This document shows positions 35,829-44,631 of a stretch of 48,805 bases of DNA, one piece after another (positions within the stretch are counted from its first letter, which is position 1; each line of letters starts with the position of its first letter). Source of the DNA: Thermoplasmata archaeon (GTDB lineage: Archaea > Thermoplasmatota > Thermoplasmata > Lutacidiplasmatales > UBA184). The DNA lies in contig JASHQX010000163.1 of assembly GCA_030038895.1 (NCBI GenBank), positions 1-48,805 on the forward strand, given 5' to 3'. The position numbers and the translations under genes were made by a program. The notes under the pieces are model-generated. The model searched no databases, was not told the origin of the DNA, and saw only the letters and a program-made list of their open reading frames with translations.

Positions 35829-36923
35829 GTGCAGCAGTACGCAGCGGGCGCGGGATCGGCGGCCGTCCTTCCTCCTTCGTCGGACTCCGTCCCTCCCCGA
35901 CGTGAGAGAACCCGCCGCCTTTGGCCCGTCCTCGTCGCCGTCGCCGTAGCCGTGCTGGTGGTGCTCGCGCTTTTCGCGACCGGTGTCCTTTCGACCTCTC
36001 ACGGGTCGAACGTAAACCCCGATGTGACCTACTCGAAGGCGTCCGCCCTTGCCGGATCGGCTGTGCGTTCGGTCCCGGGGGGACCATGGACCCTGCTGGT
36101 TGCTGTGGGGATCGATAGCATGGCGGGGTTCACGCTTGTCCTCGAGAACCTCTCGGCGGCGAACTGCTCGCTCGCCCTCGTCGGCTCCGCGAGCCCGACC
36201 CTCCGGGTGCCGACCGACGACCAGTTCTCCTCCGGGGCGAGCCCATGGTGGATCCTCCTCTACGTCAACCGGACCGCGCCGAGGATCCTCCTCGTCGACG
36301 TGGTCAACGGAACCGCCCAGCCGCTCGCGACGGGTACCGGTCTCTGCGCGACGTCCGTCGCCGGGCTTGACGCGGTATCCTCGAACGTCGTGGACAGCCC
36401 GGGCCCGGCGTCGGAGCTGTGGAGCGTCGGAGGGTCGTCGTTCGCCTCGGACCACAGCCAGATTCCACTGAACCTAATCATGGCCCTGACCGGCGGAGGA
36501 TCAATCTCGAATAGCACCGGAAGCTCGTTCGTGTTCGGCGCGACCTGGCTGCTCGTGCTGAGCCCATGCGGAAGCCCGTACGGCGGAAGTCCACCCGGGA
36601 AGCAACCGGTGTTCCTGGCCCCCTTCAACGCCACCTCCGGCCTGCTCGAGGGCGCCCCACTCTTTCCCGACACCACCACGACCACGTGCACGAACCTCAC
36701 TTCGCTCGTGCCGTCCGGATCCTCACAGGCACTGGACCTCCACGGTTCGGTCGCGGGTTCCCCACCGGACGGAGTTTCGACCGGAGTCCGCGCCGGGTGC
36801 GCTAACGCCGGGATCTCCGGAGCCTATGGGTCTCGGTCGCTGGGAGCCATCGCTCTGCGGGGACTTCGATCGGCAGATGGCTCGTCCCACTGGACGGGAC
36901 CGGAAGGCTCCTCGAACGGTTGA
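35829..36923 (+). CDS. Membrane-anchored secreted Ser/Gly-rich protein, probable glycoprotein
   Basis: TM segment LWPVLVAVAVAVLVVLALFATGVL, followed by about seven N-x-S/T sequons. GTG start. Confidence 0.6.
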   Translation: MQQYAAGAGSAAVLPPSSDSVPPRRERTRRLWPVLVAVAVAVLVVLALFATGVLSTSHGSNVNPDVTYSKASALAGSAVRSVPGGPWTLLVAVGIDSMAGFTLVLENLSAANCSLALVGSASPTLRVPTDDQFSSGASPWWILLYVNRTAPRILLVDVVNGTAQPLATGTGLCATSVAGLDAVSSNVVDSPGPASELWSVGGSSFASDHSQIPLNLIMALTGGGSISNSTGSSFVFGATWLLVLSPCGSPYGGSPPGKQPVFLAPFNATSGLLEGAPLFPDTTTTTCTNLTSLVPSGSSQALDLHGSVAGSPPDGVSTGVRAGCANAGISGAYGSRSLGAIALRGLRSADGSSHWTGPEGSSNG

Positions 36924-36958
36924 ATAAGCCGGACGTGTTTGGGACGGACCGTTCCTCG

Positions 36959-37447
36959 ATGTTCAACCGGATCCTGGTCGGGTTCGACGGTTCGGCGCCT
37001 GCCCGGCACGCAGTGCACGCCGCGACGGAGATTGCGGCGCGATTCCACGCCGCGCTCACGATCGCCTACGTCCGTCCGGCGAGCTCTGTCCCGAGGGATG
37101 CGCTGCTCGAGAGCCTAGTGCCGCTCGCGGACGAGGGCAAGGCGTTCGGCGCCGTGGTCGAGGAAGTCCGGGCGAAGGCGGTCGCTCAGGGAGCGGTCGC
37201 GGTCGAATCCGTGATGCTCGAGGGCGACGTCGTCGAGACGCTCCTTGCTTGGATCGACCATCACCACCAGGACCTCGTGATCGTTGGCTCCCGGGGACTG
37301 AGCCGCGGCCGACGATTGCTCTTGGGGAGCGTCTCCTCTGGCCTCGTCAACCGGGCGCCCTGTCCCGTTCTAGTCGTCCGAGCGGTCCGCGACCACCATG
37401 CGCGGGCGGAGGGCCATGCGGGGTCTACGGAGCGAGCCGGAATCTGA
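36959..37447 (+). CDS. Universal stress protein (UspA family)
   Basis: ILVGFDGS, DLVIVGSRGLS..LLGSVSSGLVNRAPCPVLVV. Confidence 0.85.
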   Translation: MFNRILVGFDGSAPARHAVHAATEIAARFHAALTIAYVRPASSVPRDALLESLVPLADEGKAFGAVVEEVRAKAVAQGAVAVESVMLEGDVVETLLAWIDHHHQDLVIVGSRGLSRGRRLLLGSVSSGLVNRAPCPVLVVRAVRDHHARAEGHAGSTERAGI

Positions 37448-37483
37448 AGGAGAGGGAATGCCTTGACCCCCCCTCGACGTTCG

Positions 37484-37488
37484 TTTTT
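37484..37488 (+). terminator. Oligo-T (T5) candidate archaeal terminator after the usp gene
   Basis: T5 run 37 nt downstream of the stop at 37447. Confidence 0.3.
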
Positions 37489-37521
37489 CGACTCCGCGTC
37501 TCCCGCGGAACCTGCTAATAC

Positions 37522-37800
37522 GTGAGCCGGGTTCTTAGAAGCGTGCGCGACGGGATGGCGATGTACGTCGCCGGTATGATGCTGGTCACCGCCGCCATCG
37601 AGCTCACGCTCGCCCTGTTCCTCGCGGTCCAAGGCAAACTGCCGGCCCCCTCGACGACGTTCCTAGGGTTCTACGCCGTGGTCGACATCGCCTTGTTCAC
37701 CTCCGGTGGGTGGCTCGTAACTCGTGGGTTCTCCCGGTTGCGATCAGGTAAGCCGTCGGTTCCGGCAAAGGCGTCACCGAGCGAACCTCCCGCTTCGTGA
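37522..37800 (+). CDS. Small two-TM membrane protein (hypothetical)
   Basis: MAMYVAGMMLVTAAIELTLALFLAV and FLGFYAVVDIALFTSGGWLV. Confidence 0.4.
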   Translation: MSRVLRSVRDGMAMYVAGMMLVTAAIELTLALFLAVQGKLPAPSTTFLGFYAVVDIALFTSGGWLVTRGFSRLRSGKPSVPAKASPSEPPAS

Positions 37801-37899
37801 CGAATCAGACCGTCGGGATCGAACCTGTGTCGCCTTCCCCATGTCGAGCGAGGGAGGCGATGAGCCCCCTCTACCTGAGAGTGTGCGATCTTATTCGAT

Positions 37900-37917
37900 G
37901 GATCTCTCGAGAGATCC
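37900..37917. repeat. Perfect 18-bp palindrome GGATCTCTCGAGAGATCC
   Basis: The self-complementarity was verified by hand. Confidence 0.9.
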
Positions 37918-38010
37918 GACGCACCCCGCGCAGCTCACTCCGATTATGATACCTGACAAACTGGTGAGATATGCTGGAAAAGTCACGGTCATCAGCGCCC
38001 CGGGTTCGAT

Positions 38011-38512
38011 TCACGACGCGTAACTGTTCGCGTTTTGCGACCCGACTACTCCCCTGTCCGGGTTGACGAACGTCGCCGTCAACCAGTCACGCCCGGGAAT
38101 CCCGAGGCTGGCGTTGGGGTACGTGATCCAGTGAGGGTACCATTCCGGCAGGTAGGTCAGGGTCCACTCGTTCACTCGAGTCCCGCTGGGTAGGAAAAGC
38201 GACTCGTTAGCCGGAGCATGAACGGTCAACTGCACCTGTACTGGATCGAGCGACGATGGCGTCTCGAACATCACGCAAGCGTTCACGTACGGTAGGGTGT
38301 ACGAGCTGTTGTTGAGCGAAATGTGCACTCGTCCGACTTCAAACGTCGGAAAACCACCCATTCAGAGACTCGGGACCGGTCTTGGGTTCGAGCACGAGGA
38401 AACCATACACCTCAACGCCCCCGATGACCGCCGCCGCCACTACGATAGCGGCCACCTCAAGCACCTGGCGCGACAGGTGCCACTTCATCGTCCCCTGCTT
38501 GTGGCTCGCCAT
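38011..38512 (-). pseudogene. Frameshifted gene for a membrane-anchored secreted protein
   Basis: A 57-codon ORF at 38339-38512 (MASHKQGTMKWHLSRQVLEVAAIVVAAAVIGGVEVYGFLVLEP.., a signal anchor) overlaps by 23 nt the 116-codon ORF at 38011-38361 (ectodomain with NSS, NES and NAS sequons). The two are in different frames around the A4 run at 38350-38353. Confidence 0.5.
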
Positions 38513-38621
38513 TTATGAAGCATGGAAAGGAGTTTCAGCTAACGGGAATCGTCCGAACCACGGCTCGGAACGACCTACCGAGCGGGTGATCCGCGGTCGA
38601 AACTCCTCTCTCTCACCGTGA

Positions 38622-39083
38622 TCAAGGAGTGACGGATTCGTTACCCCCGCCAGGACGTGACTCACGGCGGAACGGGGGGTCGGCCTGGTCCACAGGGGCC
38701 GGAATCCGCGAGAGGGGCTCGCGCCCACCGTACGCGTGCCACTCGGTAATGTGACCCTCGGACACTACCGCCCTCCACGCCGCAGGAATCGTCCATCGTC
38801 GATGCGCATCGGCCGACGCGGCCTCTACGCCGCTTGCTGTGCCGAACAGCGCGACCACCTGGCCGATCTCCACGTGCTCCCGAATCGCGATGCGGTACTC
38901 AGGAAACGCCTCGAAGAGGGCGGTCCATGCCTGGCACATCCGTTCGCGCCCCCTCGTCTCGTGTCCTTGGCTATCGACGTAACGAAAATCCGGAGCCATG
39001 AGAGAAGCTAGTGCCACGAGATCGTGTCGGTTGATCTCGTTCACGAACCGGATCGCGATGTGCCCCGACTCGATTTCCGACAC
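38622..39083 (-). CDS. SnoaL/NTF2-like fold protein
   Basis: IAIRFVNEINRHDLVALASLMAPDFRYVDSQGHE..FPEYRIAI. GTG start. Confidence 0.55.
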   Translation of the reverse strand: MSEIESGHIAIRFVNEINRHDLVALASLMAPDFRYVDSQGHETRGRERMCQAWTALFEAFPEYRIAIREHVEIGQVVALFGTASGVEAASADAHRRWTIPAAWRAVVSEGHITEWHAYGGREPLSRIPAPVDQADPPFRRESRPGGGNESVTP

Positions 39084-39402
39084 GGTCGGTCCCGGGCTCC
39101 CCGGCCCCCCGATACGGACGCCGCGAGGAATGACGAACTGAGATATCCACTATGTGCCCGACGAGGGAGATCACGGGTCCATCCCGCGCGGGGACCCCGG
39201 CCTTCGGTCCGATCCCGACGACGGTCCGGGACGTGCCTGCCGCGACCCACGGTTCCGCTGCCAACGTGGGGACACGTTCTCGCCGGCCGGCACCTCTCCT
39301 GCTGAAGGTGGTCGGTGAAGCGAGGTCAATTCCATTTGACTTGGCCGACATGTACTATCGGGAGATGGAGATTGTTCCGGGGACGCCGGGGGCCCGGAGT
39401 CC

Positions 39403-39870
39403 ATGGTTTCGGCGATCGTGGTGTTTGATCCCTGGTACGGGTGTACCCGGACCGTAGCCGAGGAGGTCGCGCGGGGCCTTTCCTTCGACGGCCGGGTCGC
39501 GACCGTCGTCTCGGCGGTGCGGGAGGTCTCCCCCGAACAGGTACTCGATCACGACATCATCGTGATCGGCTCGCCGAACCACCACGGAGGCCCGACGCCG
39601 TCGGTCGAGCGGATGCTCACCGTGCTTCGGACGCACGATCTCCGCGGCAAACGGTTCGCATTCTTCGACACGGGATTTGTCCGGGGGCACGGACGGGTCA
39701 CTGCCCGCATGGAATCGATATTGCGTTATCGAAATCCGTTCGTCAGCGCCCCGTTCCTTGGTCTCTCCGTCGTGGTGGAACGCCCTAGGGGTCCCTTGCT
39801 GCCCGGCGAGCTGTCGAAGTGCCACGAGCTGGGCCGGTCGATTCGGACCAGCGCACCGGTGCCGGCGTAG
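39403..39870 (+). CDS. Flavodoxin-like protein
   Basis: AIVVFDPWYGCTRTVAEEVA..IIVIGSPNHHGGP..RFAFFDTG. Confidence 0.6.
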   Translation: MVSAIVVFDPWYGCTRTVAEEVARGLSFDGRVATVVSAVREVSPEQVLDHDIIVIGSPNHHGGPTPSVERMLTVLRTHDLRGKRFAFFDTGFVRGHGRVTARMESILRYRNPFVSAPFLGLSVVVERPRGPLLPGELSKCHELGRSIRTSAPVPA

Positions 39871-39922
39871 AAGCCCCCGGACCGGAGTTACGACCGGACC
39901 CGCTCCGGGCCTGTGTGCGCTC

Positions 39923-41302
39923 TCACTTGGGCGCGAATCGCGCCGTGAAATGCGGTAGGCGCTCCGGACGGTACACCATCCGGACCCCCCGGACGGTGGA
40001 CCGCCGCTCGTAGACCCGCGCGACCACCTCGGCCACGTAGGCGAGGTGGCTCGCGGAGTAGACCCGGCGGGGGATAGCAAGACGCACGAGCTCGAGCCCC
40101 TTCGAGCCGGAACGTAGGGTTTCGCCGAACATGAGCGCCCCGACCTCAACCGTCCGGACCCCGCCCTCCCGGTAGAGCTCGACCGCGAGCGCCTGACCCG
40201 GTAGATCGTCATCCGAAAGGTGCGGGAGGAAGCGCCGGACGTCGAGGTAGATCCCGTGGCCTCCTACGGGGTGGAAAAACGGGACGCCCCGCGCCTCTAG
40301 GAGGGAGGCCAGATACCGGACCTGGCCGATCCGGTGAGCGAGGTAGTCGAGTTCGGTCGCCTCCGTGAGCCCGACGGCGATCGCTTCGAGGTCGCGACGG
40401 GCGAGGCCGCCGTACGTCGAGAATCCCTCGAAGAGGATCAGTGCCTCTCGGAGCCGGTCGAAGACAGATTCGTCCCGCGTCGCGACAAAGCCGCCAATGT
40501 TGACAATGCCGTCCTTCTTCGCGCTCATCGTCGCGCCGTCCGCGAGATCGAAGAATTCGCGGCCGATCTCGGGAATCGACCGACCCGCCTGGCCGGGTTC
40601 GCGCTCGCGCACGAGATAGGCATTCTCGGCCCATCGACACATGTCGAGGTAGAGGGGAACGCCGTGCGCTTTCGCGACACGCGCCACCTCGCGGAAGTTG
40701 GCGACCGAAACCGGCTGGCCCCCGCCCGTGTTGTTGGTAATCGTGACCATCACGAGCGGGACCTTCTCGCGTCCTTCCCTGTCGAGGAGCTTCGCGAGGG
40801 CGTCCACGTCGACGTTCCCCTTGAACGGCTCGGAACTGACCGGATCGTACGCCTCGGCGACAGCGAGATTGACCGGCTTCGCTCCCTGATGAAGGACGTG
40901 GGCCTGCGTCGTGTCGAAATGCATGTTGTTCGGAACGATCGAGCCGGGACGGCACAGGGTCGAGAACAAGAGGTTCTCGGCGGCCCGTCCCTGGTGGGTC
41001 GGGAGCACGAACGGGAATCCGGTGATCGATCGGACCACCGATTCGAAGTGGAAAAAGTTCCGGCTCCCGGCGTACGTTTCATCCCCCATCATGAGCGCGG
41101 CCCATTGGCGGTCGCTCATCGCGCCCGTCCCTGAATCGGTCAGGAGGTCGATCCGCACCTCATCGGATTTCAGGTTGAACAGATTGTAATTCGCGCGCTC
41201 GAGCGCCTTCTCCCGCTCCTCCCGAGACGGGTTCGGGATCCGCTCCACGACCTTCGTCTTGAACGGTTCGAACGGCAGCGAAGGGAAAGATTCCGCGGGC
41301 AT
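39923..41302 (-). CDS. PLP-dependent beta-eliminating lyase (tryptophanase / tyrosine phenol-lyase family)
   Basis: LLTDSGTGAMSDRQWAALM, PTHQGRAAE, PLP-lysine motif SAKKDGIVNIGGF. Confidence 0.85.
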   Translation of the reverse strand: MPAESFPSLPFEPFKTKVVERIPNPSREEREKALERANYNLFNLKSDEVRIDLLTDSGTGAMSDRQWAALMMGDETYAGSRNFFHFESVVRSITGFPFVLPTHQGRAAENLLFSTLCRPGSIVPNNMHFDTTQAHVLHQGAKPVNLAVAEAYDPVSSEPFKGNVDVDALAKLLDREGREKVPLVMVTITNNTGGGQPVSVANFREVARVAKAHGVPLYLDMCRWAENAYLVREREPGQAGRSIPEIGREFFDLADGATMSAKKDGIVNIGGFVATRDESVFDRLREALILFEGFSTYGGLARRDLEAIAVGLTEATELDYLAHRIGQVRYLASLLEARGVPFFHPVGGHGIYLDVRRFLPHLSDDDLPGQALAVELYREGGVRTVEVGALMFGETLRSGSKGLELVRLAIPRRVYSASHLAYVAEVVARVYERRSTVRGVRMVYRPERLPHFTARFAPK

Positions 41303-41323
41303 GTCGGGTCGACCCGGACCGGC

Positions 41324-41332
41324 TATTTATTT
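41324..41332 (-). promoter_or_regulatory. TATA-like box (AAATAAATA on the minus strand) for the beta-eliminating lyase gene
   Basis: Its centre is 26 nt upstream of ATG 41302. Confidence 0.45.
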
Positions 41333-41422
41333 CGGGCGCTCACGAGTCGATTCCGACCGAGGGGAATCCCTCGAGCCGGGGGAGTCGTCTTCCCGTCAAC
41401 GTCGGGGTTGCGGTCGAGGTCG

Positions 41423-43060
41423 CTACGGCGGACCGGATCGGATCGGGGCGGCAGGTCCACTCGCCGCGGTAAGGCCCTCGCGCAGCGTGAGCTTGGAGAT
41501 CTTGCCCGTGGACGTCTTCGGTAGCGACGGCACGAACCGGAACTCGTCGGGAATCCACCACTTCGGATACCGTTCGGCGAGCAAGGCACGCAACTCGTCG
41601 GCCGTCACGCGCGCCCCCTCCCTCACGACGACGAACGCGAGCGGACGCTCCCCCCACTTCGGGTCCGGGCGCGCGATCACAGCCGCCTCGCGGACCGATG
41701 GGTGGCCCACGAGCACATTCTCGAGCGCGACCGAACTGATCCACTCTCCACCGGATTTGACAAGGTCCTTCATCCGGTCGACGATTTGGATGAACCCCTC
41801 GGAGTCGATGGTGGCGACATCGCCCGTACGGAACCAGCCGTCCTCGGTCCATTTGCCGGCGGATTCGGGCTCGTCGAAGTACGACCGGGCGATCCAGGGG
41901 CCGCGCAACTGAAGCTCTCCGACCGCCTTCCCATCCCACGGCAGTTCGTCGTTCTCTGCACGAATCCGGACTTCGACAAACGGGAGCGAAAGACCGGTAC
42001 GGGCCTGTTGGGCGAACAGGCGGTCGGCATCCCAACTTCGCATCGACTCTTTTGGAATCGAGAGGGCGACCACGGGGGTCGTCTCGGTGAGGCCGTATCC
42101 TTGGATCGTCGAGATCCCGAAGACGGCGAACTGACGAGCCATCGCCTCCGGCATCGCGGCTCCGCCCACCACCATGCGCAACTGATGTGAGAGCTTCCAG
42201 CGCCCGGGGTTCTTTTCGAGCGCTTCTAGGATTCGTATCCACACCGAGGGCACTCCGGCGGCGACCGTCACGGTCTCTCGCTCGAGAAGGTCGAGGAGAT
42301 TCTCGGCGTCCAGGTGAGGCCCCGGGAGCACCTGTCGGCCGCCCAGCATGGTCATCGTGAACGGTAGGCCCCAGGCGTTGACATGGAACATAGGGACCAC
42401 CAGCAGCACCGAATCCGATTGGGAGAGCCCGAGCGCAAAGGCCTCGGCCATGGAGTGCAGCACCACCGAGCGATGGGAGTAGAGAACACCCTTGGGCCGG
42501 CCCGTCGTCCCCGAGGTGTAGCAAAGAAGCGCCGCGTCCGTTTCCCGGAGGCAGGGCAGGGTCGTCGCGGGTGGATGGCGAGCCAAGAGCCGTTCATAGT
42601 CCTCGAATTCTTTGGGCACGCCGTTGCCGGAAGTGGCAAAGACGACGACGCGTTCCGGGTGGATCCTCTCTCGAACCGACGCAAGAGTGGGGAGGAGGAC
42701 ATCGTCGACTAGGATCCATCGATCGTGCGCGTGATTGATCACGTACGCAAGGTCGTCGTGAGGAAGTCGAAGGTTGACCGTGTGGAGTACCGCGCCCGAC
42801 GCCGGTACCCCGAGGTAAGCCTCAAGGTGCGCCGCATGATTCCACATCAGGGTCGCGATCCGGTCGCCCGGACGAACTCCCTCGGCCAACAGCGCGGCTG
42901 CAAGTGATCGGGCCCTTGAAACCACGTGGGCATAGTCGGTTGCTCGGATCGAACGATCGGAGAGGCGTGAGGCGATCCGCACGGAGGGGAACAGGCGCTC
43001 CGCGCGGGCGAGCAAGGGCGTGATCGTGAGCGGGTAGTCGTCCATCATGAGACCTTCCAT
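41423..43060 (-). CDS. AMP-dependent acyl-CoA synthetase/ligase
   Basis: YTSGTTGRPKGV, GYGLTET, TGDVATID..KDLVKSGGEWIS. Start set at ATG 43058-43060. Confidence 0.9.
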   Translation of the reverse strand: MEGLMMDDYPLTITPLLARAERLFPSVRIASRLSDRSIRATDYAHVVSRARSLAAALLAEGVRPGDRIATLMWNHAAHLEAYLGVPASGAVLHTVNLRLPHDDLAYVINHAHDRWILVDDVLLPTLASVRERIHPERVVVFATSGNGVPKEFEDYERLLARHPPATTLPCLRETDAALLCYTSGTTGRPKGVLYSHRSVVLHSMAEAFALGLSQSDSVLLVVPMFHVNAWGLPFTMTMLGGRQVLPGPHLDAENLLDLLERETVTVAAGVPSVWIRILEALEKNPGRWKLSHQLRMVVGGAAMPEAMARQFAVFGISTIQGYGLTETTPVVALSIPKESMRSWDADRLFAQQARTGLSLPFVEVRIRAENDELPWDGKAVGELQLRGPWIARSYFDEPESAGKWTEDGWFRTGDVATIDSEGFIQIVDRMKDLVKSGGEWISSVALENVLVGHPSVREAAVIARPDPKWGERPLAFVVVREGARVTADELRALLAERYPKWWIPDEFRFVPSLPKTSTGKISKLTLREGLTAASGPAAPIRSGPP

Positions 43061-43216
43061 CGAACTCGTCCTCCGGGGGGTCGGAAACACCGACCTTTGT
43101 GCCCTCTCGATGCGCACGCCCGACTCGACCTTAATCGTTCGCGTCGCTCGCGTCGGTCGACTCCGTTCCCAACCTTCGGAGCCGACACGGGCGGACTTTC
43201 GAACGAGGAACCGAGC

Positions 43217-43591
43217 TCAGCTCTTCGGCGTGAAGACCATCGATATCGAGTTGACACAGTGACGAACGTTCCGCGGGGTGAAACCTTCGCCTTCGAATAC
43301 ATGGCCGAGGTGGGCCCCACAGCGGGCGCACTCGATCTCTATCCGCTCCCCATCAGGGTCGGGGAGGCGCTTAACGCTCCCCGGGATCTCCTGGTCGAAG
43401 CTCGGCCATCCGCAGCGAGCGTCGAACTTGTCTTCCGATCGATAGAGAGACGCGCCGCACCGTTTGCAAGAATAGGTCCCCGGCTGGAAGCTCGTCTCGT
43501 ACTCTCCTGAGAACGGCCGCTCTGTGCCCTTGTGCACAATCACGCGTTCCTCGGCGCGAGTCAGCTTCCTCCACTCCGGTGGGTCCGGCAT
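43217..43591 (-). CDS. msrB: Peptide-methionine (R)-S-oxide reductase
   Basis: CKRCGASL..CGWPSF..CARCGAHLGHVF..RHCVNS. Confidence 0.95.
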   Translation of the reverse strand: MPDPPEWRKLTRAEERVIVHKGTERPFSGEYETSFQPGTYSCKRCGASLYRSEDKFDARCGWPSFDQEIPGSVKRLPDPDGERIEIECARCGAHLGHVFEGEGFTPRNVRHCVNSISMVFTPKS

Positions 43592-43627
43592 CCCCGTGCC
43601 ATCCGCGGTCAGGTTCTAGTAGTTGAC

Positions 43628-43804
43628 GGGGGGGGAACCGAGCGACCAGACCGAAGCCGGAATCCCTCACCGGGAGCATTCGGACCGGCCCAATGACGCG
43701 AGGGGGGGCGCCGGGCCTACCCATCAGTCCGGCCAACGGTTCTATCCACCGGCGGTCCTCTGCCCGAGGGGGGCCCCCGGTCGGATTCCAATAGCCGAGG
43801 GGGG
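43628..43804 (+). repeat. Four G6-G8 runs, three within the motif CGAGGGGGG, in the msrB/ppk2 divergent spacer
   Basis: G8 at 43628-43635, G7 at 43702-43708, G6 at 43768-43773, G6 at 43799-43804. Confidence 0.85.
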
Positions 43805-43827
43805 TTCCGTCCCCAGGAAGGGTCTCG

Positions 43828-44631
43828 ATGATGAGCCTGCGGATTGCCCCGGGTAGCAAGGTGCGACTGGCCCGATTCGATCCCGCCGATACATCCGCGT
43901 TTGGGGGGACGAAGGCGCAAGCCCTTCGTGACTCCCAGCGACACCTCCAGCGGCTGAACCAGCTCCAGGAGCTGCTCTATGCGTGCCACGCCGACCCGGT
44001 GCTCGTGATCCTTCAAGCACTCGACACCGGCGGAAAGGACGGCACGATACGTCACGTCTTTCAGGGTCTGAACCCCCAAAGTGTGAAGGTCGCGAGATTC
44101 CGGGTCCCGACGCCGATCGAACTCGATCACGACTTCCTTTGGCGCGTCCACTCCGAGGTGCCCGGGAAGGGCGAGATTGCAATCTTCAATCGGAGCCAGT
44201 ATGAGGACGTCCTCGTTCCCCGGGTCCGCCATCTCGTGCCGAAGACGGTCTGGACGCGCCGGTACCGGTCGATCAATGAGTTCGAACGGACGCTCGCCCT
44301 CGCCGGGACGACCATCCTGAAGTTCTTCCTTCACATCAGCTCAGGGGAGCAACGGCGTCGGCTCCAGGAACGCCTCGACGATCCGACCAAGCACTGGAAG
44401 TTCAGCCCTGCGGACCTCGAGGAGCGTAGTCGGTGGCCGCTCTATACGCCCGCGATCGAGGAGATGCTCGAGCGGACGAGCACCCCATGGGCACCGTGGT
44501 ACCTCGTCCCGTCCGACAAGAAGTGGTTCCGTAACTGGGCGGTCGGTCGGATCCTGGTAGACGCGCTCGAGGCTCGCCAGTTCCAATGGCCCTCCCTACC
44601 GCCGGGCACAAAGGTGACTCGGATCCCGTGA
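43828..44631 (+). CDS. ppk2: Polyphosphate kinase 2 family protein
   Basis: LVILQALDTGGKDGTIRHV, FNRSQYEDVLV, FLHISSGEQRRRL, W.KFSPADLEER. Confidence 0.9.
   Translation: MMSLRIAPGSKVRLARFDPADTSAFGGTKAQALRDSQRHLQRLNQLQELLYACHADPVLVILQALDTGGKDGTIRHVFQGLNPQSVKVARFRVPTPIELDHDFLWRVHSEVPGKGEIAIFNRSQYEDVLVPRVRHLVPKTVWTRRYRSINEFERTLALAGTTILKFFLHISSGEQRRRLQERLDDPTKHWKFSPADLEERSRWPLYTPAIEEMLERTSTPWAPWYLVPSDKKWFRNWAVGRILVDALEARQFQWPSLPPGTKVTRIP

Noticed and set aside
38002-38012. A T-loop-like GGGTTCGATTC, a possible tRNA 3' half.
   Set aside because: The flanks cannot form a T stem (ccggg versus cacga) or an acceptor stem. It lies at the 3' end of the secreted-protein pseudogene region.
43628-43804. 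A canonical intramolecular G-quadruplex.
   Set aside because: The G runs are separated by 25-66 nt, far longer than standard loop lengths. I kept only the repeated-motif and homopolymer observation.
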